Part shown: positions 1-9,429 of the stretch, one piece after another | How the letters are laid out: every line of letters begins with the position of its first letter | How positions within the stretch are numbered: the stretch's first letter is position 1 | NCBI GenBank assembly: GCA_035717985.1 | Contig: DASTHW010000016.1 | Coordinates: forward strand, 65,859-129,858 | Direction of reading: 5' to 3' | DNA length: 64,000 bases | Source: Candidatus Saccharimonadales bacterium | GTDB taxonomy: Bacteria > Patescibacteriota > Saccharimonadia > Saccharimonadales > UBA10212 | Position numbers and translations under genes: made by a program | Notes under the pieces: generated by a model | What the model saw: the letters and a program-made list of their open reading frames with translations, nothing else | Databases searched by the model: none | What the model was told of the DNA's origin: nothing

Positions 1-1167
1 CAGAAGACTCCAATGGAAATAGCCAATCAGCTGAACCCCTTCGCTGATCGCTCTCTCCATGGCTATAATGGTCTCCTCTATCCACCAGCGGCGGTACTGG
101 TCTTTACGGTCGGCTACGCCGTTTTCGGTAATAATAATCGGCTTTTTGTAATGCGCCCAGACCCTTAGCAGAAGCGGGTATATGCCTTCCGGCTCCATAT
201 ACCAGCCTAGATCATTTAGCGGCAGTTTAGGGTCAACCGGCTTAAACGGTAGCTTCAGCCGGTAATAATCCGTAAAATAGTAATTTACACCTATAAAGTC
301 CTGCTCTTTTCTGATCTTTTGTAAAAACCACCAGTTCCAAAAATAGCGCATCCACTCGGTAATGAACTCATCCAGCACACTGTGAGCCCGCTTGGCCTGA
401 ATATTAGCCAGCTGGGAGGCAATGCCCACCTGCAGGCTGGGTTTTCGGGCTTTTAAAAGATAATAGGATTGGCGGTGGGCCCGAGCTAAGTTGGCGTAAA
501 CCCGGTTAAAGGCTATAAAATTGCGCTTCTGCGGCGGATACTCGCCCATCAGATAGCCAAAACTGGTATAGACATTTGGCTCGTTGATGGTGATGACGTA
601 GCGTACATCATCGGTCAGTTCGTGGGCCACTTTGTGAACGAAGCGCTCAAAGTAAAAGACATTGCGCCGCTTTTCAAAGCCGCCGCGCTTGGTAAACCAG
701 ACCGGCATAGTCCAGTGCCAAATATTTAAAACCGGCTCTAAATTCCGCTTTTTTAGCTCGGCAATGTAGTTTTTGTAGTGCTCGAGAGCTTCTTTGTTCC
801 AGTGCCCTTCTTCGGGCTCGATCCTGGACCACTCGATGGTAAATCGGAAGGCGTTGAGGTTCATTGATTTAGCGATGTCAAAATCGTGCTTATAAAGGTT
901 GTAGTGGTCGACGCCGCGGCCGGAGATATAATTTGACGGGCTCCGGGCCTCACGAGCAATATCCTTCCAAACCGGCAGTTGATCTATGCGGCTATAGGCG
1001 CCGCTATTGGGTGACTTGGCCCCGGTAATTTTGGCCAGCTTCTTGGCACTAGCTTTCTCCCACTCGGTCCATTGATTGTGGTTTCCGCCCTCCACCTGGT
1101 GAGCGGCCGTGCTGACGCCCCACATAAAATCCGGCGGGAACGCCGATTTATCTATCTCTTCAGGCAT
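1..1167 (-). CDS. Glycoside hydrolase family 1 beta-glucosidase (C-terminus runs off the window start)
   Basis: Absent from the ORF track because there is no stop in the window. Hand translation of the minus strand from ATG at 1167-1165 gives MPEEIDKSAFPPDFMWGVSTAAHQVEGG...FRFTIEWSRIEP...VITINEPNVY...IIITENGVAD. It shows the GH1 N-terminal signature, the NEP acid/base motif and the TENG nucleophile motif. The frame stays open to base 1. Confidence 0.85.
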   Translation of the reverse strand, partial: MPEEIDKSAFPPDFMWGVSTAAHQVEGGNHNQWTEWEKASAKKLAKITGAKSPNSGAYSRIDQLPVWKDIAREARSPSNYISGRGVDHYNLYKHDFDIAKSMNLNAFRFTIEWSRIEPEEGHWNKEALEHYKNYIAELKKRNLEPVLNIWHWTMPVWFTKRGGFEKRRNVFYFERFVHKVAHELTDDVRYVITINEPNVYTSFGYLMGEYPPQKRNFIAFNRVYANLARAHRQSYYLLKARKPSLQVGIASQLANIQAKRAHSVLDEFITEWMRYFWNWWFLQKIRKEQDFIGVNYYFTDYYRLKLPFKPVDPKLPLNDLGWYMEPEGIYPLLLRVWAHYKKPIIITENGVADRKDQYRRWWIEETIIAMERAISEGVQLIGYFHWSLL

Positions 1168-1334
1168 AGAATAACTCTCTTCGGGCTTATAGACATTTAT
1201 TCTTATTTTAGCAAAAGCGGTTTTAGAATCGGCTGTCGATAAAATCACTACTAACTAAACCTTTACATCTTAGAGATTCGTTAGTTTAATTAAGGTAAAT
1301 ATTAGGGATCTTTTCTAGATAGAAAGGAGGGGTT

Positions 1335-2870
1335 TTGCTTTCGTTCAAAGAGCCGCCTCTCCAAGAGCGCTCTGAAAATCCCAATTCTCTTTTCCAGGAC
1401 GTAAAAAATTTGTTTGTTGAGTACGGGCTGGCAAGCGGCGGTCTAATGCCTAGCCGGGGCAATTTAGCCGCGCTCCATCGGCACGGCTATCTTTCTCTAT
1501 CGCCGGCGGAGGCGCTAAAAGCCTGCCAGTGCGATGACTATGATGAACTGGCGGAGCTTATGCGGCCGTGGTACGAAGACGAAGTGGCTAGCCGGCAGGC
1601 TGAGGAATCAGCAATTTTATTAGAAATCGAACAGGCTCGAGTCGACAAATTAGTGCCTGAAATCCTATTTAAAAAAATTCTGAAACAAAAGAGCCCCGAG
1701 CGGCAGGCCATTATCGATTCCGGCGGTAAGGATAAAAACGACATTGGGCTAATCACCGAAGAGGAAGTATCACCTCTGGAAAAAATTGAACGCTATAAGA
1801 AATACCAGCTGGTCCAGCGTCTGTTGGCCGACGTAGAAACTAATGAGACCTCTACTAGCTGGACCGAACGAAGAAAGCTCGGCATCGTACTGGGCTTATA
1901 TTTGGACGACAGTTTGGCCCAGGGAAAACTACAGGAGAGAAGCTTCACTAAAGAGCTATGTAAGGCAAACGCCAGCATTGACGACGGCTTTGTTGAATTT
2001 GAGGCTGGTAACGACTTTGACTACATATTTCCGCAGGTTGTCCGAGAAGGCTGTGACCAGTTACTGTCGTCGGCCAATGATAAAGAATATTTTTACGACA
2101 AAATTGACAAGGTAGCGCTAGTCGGCAAGCTGGCCGTAAAGGAATATAAAGAAGCCAGCGGACGACAAAAAGGTATAACCAAGCTTGGCGAACTGCTGGT
2201 TAAGAAAAGTGTTGATATCAATATCGCCTTTAAGAACAGGGCTAAATACCGGCATTGGGAGCGTGAAGATTTCATCGACTACGGCTACTGGTTATTAGAA
2301 ATGCTAACACCTGGTCACAAGCTTGATTTAGCCGTCTTAACCCGCGCCAGCCAACTGGGAATCGGACCGGGGCCAACTGTAATTCGCGGAGCCTTTAACG
2401 GGCTAGCCAACTTTTATCAGCAGTTACCAATGGAGGGTAGCCACCATGGGCTGTTTGCCGACTGGTCATTCAAAGATTATGTGGTCCACGTGGCTAAAAT
2501 TGCCGCTGAGAATGGCGGTAAAGTGTCTCGAGAGATTATAGAACAGCGAATCGCAGACGGAGCGGTTGAGCCGTCTTTTAGCCACATATGCCGGGAGGCT
2601 GGCCCACTGGAAGTACTGTTACCTGCGGCAAGCCTAGAGCCGCCCGCCAATACAAAAATGACGCGCCAGCAGTGCCTGGAAATAGGCCTCAGATACGCCA
2701 ATGAGCACGGCGTTCCCTCTTACGCAGATATAGAGGCTTCCCCGGACCTGCCTAGCGAGACCCCGATAAGGCGGTGTTTTGGCACTACGGCCGAATACCA
2801 AAGACTGTTAAGGGCTATTTTGGACGCCAGAGCTCAAATTGACGCCTTGCCGCTGGAACTGGCGGCTTAA
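1335..2870 (+). CDS. Hypothetical 511-aa soluble protein with three C-terminal ~55-aa tandem repeats
   Basis: Long ORF with a TTG start directly after AAAGGAGGGG (1323-1332). No TM or signal peptide, and no family recognised. The repeat pattern is described in the findings. Confidence 0.65.
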   Translation: MLSFKEPPLQERSENPNSLFQDVKNLFVEYGLASGGLMPSRGNLAALHRHGYLSLSPAEALKACQCDDYDELAELMRPWYEDEVASRQAEESAILLEIEQARVDKLVPEILFKKILKQKSPERQAIIDSGGKDKNDIGLITEEEVSPLEKIERYKKYQLVQRLLADVETNETSTSWTERRKLGIVLGLYLDDSLAQGKLQERSFTKELCKANASIDDGFVEFEAGNDFDYIFPQVVREGCDQLLSSANDKEYFYDKIDKVALVGKLAVKEYKEASGRQKGITKLGELLVKKSVDINIAFKNRAKYRHWEREDFIDYGYWLLEMLTPGHKLDLAVLTRASQLGIGPGPTVIRGAFNGLANFYQQLPMEGSHHGLFADWSFKDYVVHVAKIAAENGGKVSREIIEQRIADGAVEPSFSHICREAGPLEVLLPAASLEPPANTKMTRQQCLEIGLRYANEHGVPSYADIEASPDLPSETPIRRCFGTTAEYQRLLRAILDARAQIDALPLELAA

Positions 2871-2960
2871 AAACTTGCCCGCCCTACCTTTTTTTGGTTA
2901 AATTGAGTCTAAGCGTGAAAAGTGGAAAGACACCAACTGCTAGCTTAAAAACGGATCAAA

Positions 2961-2986
2961 AGAGCTCCGCCAGGAGCTCTTTTTTT
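2961..2986 (+). terminator. Rho-independent terminator / possible carA attenuator
   Basis: Perfect 8-bp stem AGAGCTCC (2961-2968) / GGAGCTCT (2973-2980) with a GCCA loop and a T-run at 2981-2986 that abuts the carA ATG at 2987. The 3' arm contains the only SD-like AGGAG (2972-2976). Confidence 0.7.
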
Positions 2987-4009
2987 ATGAGAAAAAAAGC
3001 CTACTTAACTTTAGCCGGCGGCCAGGTTTTTCCCGGCTGGGGTGAAGTGAGTCAACTAGCCGCCGGTGAAGTAGTCTTCAATACCGGCATGACTGGCTAC
3101 GTAGAGTCGTTAACAGACCCTAGCTATGCCGGCCAGATCTTAGTATTCACCTATCCGTTAATCGGCAATTACGGTGTTCAGCTAGAAGCTAGTGAGTCTA
3201 AAAAAATCCAGGTTAGCGGCGCCGTAGTCTCTGAGAGTGCCCCGCATTTCAGCCACAGCCGGGCTGAACTGTCTCTAGCTGATTGGCTAGCTAGCCAAAA
3301 TGTGCCTTTACTGTCAGGAGTAGATACCCGTGCGCTGACTAAATATCTACGTACCCGCGGCACTACGCCGGGCGCTATTACCAGCCAGCCCATGACCGAT
3401 GTGCCGGGCTTTAGCCTCCAGCTATTCTCAGCTAATCCACCAAAAGTCTATAACCGCCAGCACTCAAAAAAAGTAATTCTGGTAGACTGCGGCGCTAAAG
3501 CCAATATCTTGCGCAGTCTTTTGACCCTGCCCGTGCAAGTAAAATTAGTGCCCTATGACTATGACTACACCACCGAGCCCTACGACGCCGTTTTAATATC
3601 TAACGGCCCCGGCGACCCGGTGGACTATAAAAAGACCATTGCGGTTACGGCCAAAGCTCTAAAGCGAGGTAAGCCGGTATTTGGCATATGCCTAGGTAAT
3701 CAAATTATGGCCCTAGCCGCCGAAGCTAAAACTTATAAATTGCTGTTCGGCCACCGCGGCCATAACCAGCCGTGCCAGGAAACTGCCAGCGGTAAGTGTT
3801 TTATTACCAGCCAAAATCATGGCTATGCCATTACCGAAAAAAGTCTGCCGGCCGACTGGCAAATAACATTTCGTAATCTCAATGACGGCTCGGTAGAGGG
3901 TATAGCCCATAAAACTAAGCCGTTTTTCTCTGTCCAATTCCACCCCGAGGCCTGCCCAGGCCCCACCGACACCGCCTGGCTATTTAAAAAATTTTATCAA
4001 CTGATATGA
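2987..4009 (+). CDS. carA: Carbamoyl-phosphate synthase small (glutaminase) subunit
   Basis: Same frame as track ORF 2894..4009. I moved the start to ATG 2987 (MRKKAYLTLAGGQVFPG), which matches CarA N-termini. Motifs: EVVFNTGMTGYVESLTDPSY, GICLGNQ, FHPE. The TGA stop overlaps the carB ATG (ATGA at 4006-4009). Confidence 0.93.
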   Translation: MRKKAYLTLAGGQVFPGWGEVSQLAAGEVVFNTGMTGYVESLTDPSYAGQILVFTYPLIGNYGVQLEASESKKIQVSGAVVSESAPHFSHSRAELSLADWLASQNVPLLSGVDTRALTKYLRTRGTTPGAITSQPMTDVPGFSLQLFSANPPKVYNRQHSKKVILVDCGAKANILRSLLTLPVQVKLVPYDYDYTTEPYDAVLISNGPGDPVDYKKTIAVTAKALKRGKPVFGICLGNQIMALAAEAKTYKLLFGHRGHNQPCQETASGKCFITSQNHGYAITEKSLPADWQITFRNLNDGSVEGIAHKTKPFFSVQFHPEACPGPTDTAWLFKKFYQLI

Positions 4010-7000
4010 CAAAGTCTATTAAAGTACGCAAAGTTGTTCTGCTGGGCTCGGGCGGACTGCGGATTGGCCAGGCTGGCGAGTTTGATTATTCTGGTTCGCA
4101 GGCCATCAAAGCTCTGCGCGAAGCCGGCGTTTACACGGTGCTTGTTAATCCGAATATTGCTACCGTCCAAACAGATACCGACATGGCCGATAAGGTCTAC
4201 TTTCAGCCGCTCAGCTTAACTAGCGTCACTAAAATTTTGCAAAAAGAGCGGCCGGATAGTATTTTGCTGAGCTTTGGCGGACAGACGGCCTTGAATTTGG
4301 GATTAGAACTTAACGATAAGGGCATCCTTGAAAAACTGGGTATTAGGGTGCTGGGCACACCGGTGCGCTCTATTAAATTAACTGAAGACCGCGAGCTATT
4401 TAAGCACACTCTTACTAAAATCGATGTCAAGACCGCCAAAAGCCAGGCTGTCTATGATTTAAAGTCAGCCCTACGCGCGGCTAACAAAATTGGCTATCCG
4501 GTCATGATGCGCTCCGGCTTCTCTCTGGGCGGACTGGGCTCTGGGCGGATCGATAATCCAGCTATGCTCAAAAAACGGGCCAGCGAGGCACTATCGGCCG
4601 TACCGCAGATTTTAATCGAAGAGTTCTTAGCCGGCTGGAAGGAAGTTGAGTATGAAGTGGTCCGCGATGGCAGTGGCAATGCTATCACCGTTTGCAATAT
4701 GGAGAATCTCGATCCTATGGGTATCCACACCGGCGAAAGCATTGTGGTGGCGCCCAGCCAGACGCTGACCAACGAGGAATATCACCGCCTGCGCGAAATC
4801 GCCATCAAAACTATTAGCCATCTAGGTATTATCGGTGAGTGCAATATCCAATACGCCTTGAACCCGGCTAACGGCGACTACCGCGTGATCGAGGTCAATG
4901 CCCGCCTGAGCCGCTCCAGTGCTTTGGCCTCCAAGGCCACCGGCTATCCCCTGGCTTACGTAGCCGCCAAGCTGGCCCTGGGAGCTAGTCTAAATGAACT
5001 AAAAAATTCGGTTACCGGCACTACGCCAGCCTTTTTCGAGCCGGCCCTTGATTATATAGCCGTTAAAATCCCCCGCTGGGATTTAAGTAAGCTAAAATCT
5101 AGCGACCACCAAATCGGTTCGGAAATGAAAAGTGTCGGCGAGGTGATGGCCCTGGGCCGGTCCTTCCCTGAGGCTCTGCAAAAAGGCCTGAGGATGTGCA
5201 ATATAGGGGCCCAAGGCTTAACCGACCATCCTTTCACCTTCGGCGACCCCTTGAGCGAAGTGGCCGACGCCACCGATAGACGAATCTTTGCGCTTTATGA
5301 AGCGCTGGCTCAAGGCGCCAGCGTTGAGCGCCTGCACCGGCTATCGGGCATTGATAGCTGGTTTTTGCAACACCTAGCCTTAATTACTGATTTTTATAGC
5401 TTTTTGTCAGCTAAACCTTTGAGTAAAGAGTTGTTAGCTGAGGCGAAAGAGCTGGGCTTTTCAGACAGTGTGATAGCTAAAGCTAAAAATCTCAGTGAGA
5501 CCGCCGTCAAAAGTAAACGTCTGGCCTGGGGTATACGCCCGGTGGTTAAGCAAATTGATACGCTAGCCGGCGAATTTGAGGCCGCTACCAACTACCTTTA
5601 TATGACTTACCACGGCCAGCAGGACGACGTAAAACCACTGAGCAAGAAAGCCATCACCGTAGTCGGCTCGGGGCCATACTGTATCGGCTCGTCGGTAGAG
5701 TTTGACTGGTGTGCCGTAAATACGGCCAAGACACTGAGCGAAAACGGCTGGCAGACCATTATGGTCAACTCTAACCCAGAGACCGTGTCTACGGATTTTG
5801 ACCGTTCTAGCCGGCTTTATTTTGAAGAACTAACCCTGGAGCGGCTACTTGATATTGCTGAGTTTGAAAAACCCCATGGCCTAATCGTATCGGTCGGCGG
5901 ACAGATTGCTAACAATTTAGCTTTGCCTCTAGCCCGTGCCGGCCAGAACATTCTGGGCACGCCGGCCGAGCAAATAGACCGCGCCGAGGACCGCCAAAAA
6001 TTCTCCAGTCTGCTAAATAAGCTTGGTATTGATCAACCGCTTTGGCAAGAAGTTACCAGCCTGGCTAGTGCTAAAAAGTTTGCCGCCCGGGTAGGCTACC
6101 CGGTATTAATTAGACCATCATATGTGCTGTCCGGTGGCGCTATGAATGTGGTGGCCGGTGAGGAGGATCTCGAAATTTATCTGCAGGCGGCCGCTAAATT
6201 ATCACCAGAACATCCGGTAGTAATATCGCAGTTTATCAGTCATTCCAAAGAACTAGAAATTGACGGCGTCGCCGAGAACGGCCAGCTGGTTATTTACGCT
6301 ATTTCCGAGCATGTTGAGAATGCCGGCGTGCACTCCGGCGACGCTACAGTAGTTTTCCCGGCTCAGACGCTTTATTTAGAGACGGTCCGCCGGGCAAAGC
6401 AAATTACCCGCCAAATTGTCAAAAATCTAAATATCACTGGACCATTTAACATCCAGTTCATTGCCAAAGATAACGAACTAAAAGTTATTGAATGCAATGT
6501 GCGGGCTTCGCGGTCCTTCCCTTTTGTTTCTAAAGTCTCTGGCCATAATTTTATCCAGATTGCCGCCGAGGCCATGCTGGGAATCAAAAACGAGCGCCAT
6601 TATCAGACCTTGGAATACGACTACGTGGGCGTAAAGAGCCCGCAGTTTTCCTATAATCGGCTTAAGGGTGCCGACCCGGTGGCCGGCGTAGAAATGGCAA
6701 GCACCGGCGAAGTGGCCTGTTTTGGCGATAATTTGCAGGAGGCTTTTTATGCTTCATGGCTGGCTACCGAGCAAAAAGTCAGGGGTAAAAACCTACTCAT
6801 TAGTCTACCGGCCGAACAACAGCCCCGCTTCATCGACGAACTTGCTCAGCTAATTAAACAGGGCTGGCAAGTCTTTGCCACCCCAGGTACCCATAAATTT
6901 ATGGCCGAGTTTAACCTAGCGACTAAGCCGCTTTATAAAATCAGTGAGAAGAAAGAGCCCAGTGTGCTGAGCGCCATCATCGGCCAAAAGCTGGATTTGA

Positions 7001-7194
7001 TTATCAATGTGCCCTCCACGGCTACCCTTAATAGTGACGGCTATAAAATCCGCCGGGCTGGAATAGATAATCACATTCCGCTAATGACCAACCCGGAGAC
7101 TGCCCGGCTTTTGTTACGATGCCTCGCTGAAAACACACAAGCCAGCGCCGAGCCGCATTCTTGGCAGGAATATTTAAGTTTAAATAATGCCTAA
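4006..7194 (+). CDS. carB: Carbamoyl-phosphate synthase large subunit
   Basis: 1062 aa with LGSGGLRIGQAGEFDYSG at the N-terminus, duplicated ATP-grasp halves (second half VGSGPYCIGSSVEFDW) and a C-terminal MGS-like allosteric domain. Confidence 0.97.
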   Translation: MTKSIKVRKVVLLGSGGLRIGQAGEFDYSGSQAIKALREAGVYTVLVNPNIATVQTDTDMADKVYFQPLSLTSVTKILQKERPDSILLSFGGQTALNLGLELNDKGILEKLGIRVLGTPVRSIKLTEDRELFKHTLTKIDVKTAKSQAVYDLKSALRAANKIGYPVMMRSGFSLGGLGSGRIDNPAMLKKRASEALSAVPQILIEEFLAGWKEVEYEVVRDGSGNAITVCNMENLDPMGIHTGESIVVAPSQTLTNEEYHRLREIAIKTISHLGIIGECNIQYALNPANGDYRVIEVNARLSRSSALASKATGYPLAYVAAKLALGASLNELKNSVTGTTPAFFEPALDYIAVKIPRWDLSKLKSSDHQIGSEMKSVGEVMALGRSFPEALQKGLRMCNIGAQGLTDHPFTFGDPLSEVADATDRRIFALYEALAQGASVERLHRLSGIDSWFLQHLALITDFYSFLSAKPLSKELLAEAKELGFSDSVIAKAKNLSETAVKSKRLAWGIRPVVKQIDTLAGEFEAATNYLYMTYHGQQDDVKPLSKKAITVVGSGPYCIGSSVEFDWCAVNTAKTLSENGWQTIMVNSNPETVSTDFDRSSRLYFEELTLERLLDIAEFEKPHGLIVSVGGQIANNLALPLARAGQNILGTPAEQIDRAEDRQKFSSLLNKLGIDQPLWQEVTSLASAKKFAARVGYPVLIRPSYVLSGGAMNVVAGEEDLEIYLQAAAKLSPEHPVVISQFISHSKELEIDGVAENGQLVIYAISEHVENAGVHSGDATVVFPAQTLYLETVRRAKQITRQIVKNLNITGPFNIQFIAKDNELKVIECNVRASRSFPFVSKVSGHNFIQIAAEAMLGIKNERHYQTLEYDYVGVKSPQFSYNRLKGADPVAGVEMASTGEVACFGDNLQEAFYASWLATEQKVRGKNLLISLPAEQQPRFIDELAQLIKQGWQVFATPGTHKFMAEFNLATKPLYKISEKKEPSVLSAIIGQKLDLIINVPSTATLNSDGYKIRRAGIDNHIPLMTNPETARLLLRCLAENTQASAEPHSWQEYLSLNNA

Positions 7195-7218
7195 AACTAG
7201 TATGCTGATGGAGTAATT

Positions 7219-8316
7219 ATGGCAAACAAGAATCTAGTCAAACCGTTTTATGATCCGGCCAAATCTTATGATGATAATTTCGATAACGGTCCGTTTGGTG
7301 CCAGCAAGGTAGAGCCTTATGTTAATCAGGGCGAGCCGCAGTTTAGCTTTCTAGGCATTCCGTTATATGCGCCTTTTGGTATTGCCGCCGGCCCCTTGCT
7401 TAACAGCCGGTTCGTAAAATTTGCGCTGGAAGCCGGCTTTGACGTACCGGTTTATAAAACTCAAAGGAGCATTCAGTTCCCGGCTAACCAATTTCCTAAT
7501 GTTCTTTATATCAATATTGACGGCGACCTAACGCTCGATAGGGCGGCTAAGCCGCTAATCGGCAGACGCTCAGCGAGTAAGCCGGTCAAAGAGTTAACTA
7601 TAACCAATTCTTTTGGTAATCCGTCGCGCGGGCCGGATTTTTGGACAACCGATTTAAAAAAAGTCCGGGCCTGTCAGGGCAAAGGTCAATTAGTTATTGG
7701 CAGTGCCGTAGGCAGTATTAAAGAGGGGTTCTCTAGCGAAGATTATTTTGACGACTTTGCCCTGGCGGCTGAAATGGTAACCAAAACCGGTGTGGATGTA
7801 GTCGAAATCAATCTATCTTGCCCTAATGTAGCCACCGAGGGCGTTCTCTGCTATACGCTAAACTCGGTAGTAGCAATCTGCCAGAAGGTTAGAGCCAAAA
7901 TCGGCAATAAGCCGCTAGTCATTAAGCTAGGCTATTTTTCGCCTGAGCAGGAGCCACTATTGGTGAAGGTTCTAAAAGAGGCAGCCGACTATATAAATGC
8001 CATTTCGGCTATCAATACCATACCGGCGCCGGTGGTTGATGAATCGGGTCGGCAGGCTCTGCCCGGCCCCAACCGGCTGAGCTCGGGTATTTGCGGCCAC
8101 GCCATTAAATGGGCTGGTCTGGATATGGTCAGCCGGCTGGCCGCTATCCGCAAAAAGCTAGGTCTTAAATTTGAGATTATTGGCGTGGGCGGCGTTATGA
8201 CGCCGGCAGATTTTAAAGACTACCGCGGTGCCGGCGCTGATCTAGTTCAGACTGCTACCGGCGCCATGTGGAACCCCGGGCTAGCCGCCGAAATTAAGAA
8301 AAGCCTGAAAGTTTAA
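7219..8316 (+). CDS. pyrD: Dihydroorotate dehydrogenase, class 1-like
   Basis: EINLSCPNV (class 1 catalytic Cys context), PLVIKLGYF and IIGVGGV are TIM-barrel DHOD motifs. There is an unusual ~45-aa N-terminal extension. A GGAG SD lies before the ATG. Confidence 0.85.
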   Translation: MANKNLVKPFYDPAKSYDDNFDNGPFGASKVEPYVNQGEPQFSFLGIPLYAPFGIAAGPLLNSRFVKFALEAGFDVPVYKTQRSIQFPANQFPNVLYINIDGDLTLDRAAKPLIGRRSASKPVKELTITNSFGNPSRGPDFWTTDLKKVRACQGKGQLVIGSAVGSIKEGFSSEDYFDDFALAAEMVTKTGVDVVEINLSCPNVATEGVLCYTLNSVVAICQKVRAKIGNKPLVIKLGYFSPEQEPLLVKVLKEAADYINAISAINTIPAPVVDESGRQALPGPNRLSSGICGHAIKWAGLDMVSRLAAIRKKLGLKFEIIGVGGVMTPADFKDYRGAGADLVQTATGAMWNPGLAAEIKKSLKV

Positions 8317-8322
8317 GATTCT

Positions 8323-9429
8323 CTAAAGCTGGTCCCCCCGGTTAATAAGTCGGCCAGTTTTAGCCATAATTTTGCCGTCAGCGACTAGCACCTGCTTGCC
8401 GATAACCACTTTTTTAACTTTGCCGGCGGCTAGCTTGCCAAGATACGGTGTCCAGCCGGAGCCAGACAGTCTAGTTTTTTCGTCGCCGATGCGGTGAATC
8501 TCCATCTGCCAAGTGACTTTAGTCGAGCCAGACAATTTCAAACCTATAATCTTCGCTGGTTTAGTAGATGTAATCTCGATAAGACGCTCCCGGCTAATGC
8601 GGCCTTTTACCATCTGGTAAAGCAGTAGCGGCAAAGCAAATTCGATACCTGGCACACCCCAGCAGGAACCGCCGGCATTTTCGGCTGTCCACTTAGCGCC
8701 AGCGCTGTGTGGTGCATGATCGGTCTCGACTATGTCTATAGCACCATTTACCAGCAGTTCGAAAAGCTTCTCGGCCTCTTCCTGGCGGGCCAGCGGCGGT
8801 TTCATGCGGGCAAACCAGCCCTCGCTCAGTGGGTCATGAGAAGTTTTAAATAAATGGTGCGGACAGACGCCGCAGGTTACCGGCAGGCCGTCGGCTTTGG
8901 CCTTTTCCACTAGCTCTACTTCTCGGCTGGCATTAACATGGCAGACATGGAGATGGTGACCAAATTTCCCCGCTATCAGTTCGATCAGGCCCGGCAGGTT
9001 GGTCTGCCCGGCGTGAAGCATGATGGGTTTAGCCGGCGCCGACTCGTGCCAAGCGCTAACAATTTTAGTGAAGTCTTTGGCGGTGTAATCTTTATCACTG
9101 CCAGTGGTGGGCGCACTATAAAGCTTTAGGCCAATGGCAGGCTTAGCCATAGCCGGCAGTTGGTCTAAATTATTTGATTCCGGCTGAGCGCCGGCGTAAA
9201 GGCCAACCGGCACATACGCGCTCTTTCTAATAAGCCTTTGTTTTTCGATCAATCTATGGGCGCTCCAGGTGGGCCGGCCTGGGTTATTTGGCATGTCGCA
9301 AATTGCTGTAAACCCGCCCAGCAGAGCCGCCCGCGTGCCGCTGGCAATAGTCTCGGCTTTATTGTCGCCAGGCTGACGCAAGTGCACGTGTATATCCACC
9401 GCTCCGGGAATTTCCAAAATCTCGGTCAT
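8323..9429 (-). CDS. pyrC: Dihydroorotase
   Basis: VDIHVHLRQPG metal-binding motif and amidohydrolase-fold histidines (HVCHV, DHAPH). Its start overlaps the pyrB stop by 1 nt. Confidence 0.88.
   Translation of the reverse strand: MTEILEIPGAVDIHVHLRQPGDNKAETIASGTRAALLGGFTAICDMPNNPGRPTWSAHRLIEKQRLIRKSAYVPVGLYAGAQPESNNLDQLPAMAKPAIGLKLYSAPTTGSDKDYTAKDFTKIVSAWHESAPAKPIMLHAGQTNLPGLIELIAGKFGHHLHVCHVNASREVELVEKAKADGLPVTCGVCPHHLFKTSHDPLSEGWFARMKPPLARQEEAEKLFELLVNGAIDIVETDHAPHSAGAKWTAENAGGSCWGVPGIEFALPLLLYQMVKGRISRERLIEITSTKPAKIIGLKLSGSTKVTWQMEIHRIGDEKTRLSGSGWTPYLGKLAAGKVKKVVIGKQVLVADGKIMAKTGRLINRGDQL

Noticed and set aside
2894-2986. N-terminal extension of carA from TTG 2894 (MVKLSLSVKSGKT...), as given by the ORF track.
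   Set aside because: The extension has no counterpart in CarA proteins, lacks an SD and spans a perfect terminator hairpin. ATG 2987 aligns with CarA N-termini. Its possible leader-peptide role is noted in the findings.
4006-4009. Alternative genetic code (UGA recoded as Gly or Trp, as in some CPR lineages or Mollicutes).
   Set aside because: TGA terminates carA exactly at the carB overlap (ATGA). The 34-aa micro-ORF and other ORFs also end in TGA at sensible lengths, and RF2 is intact.
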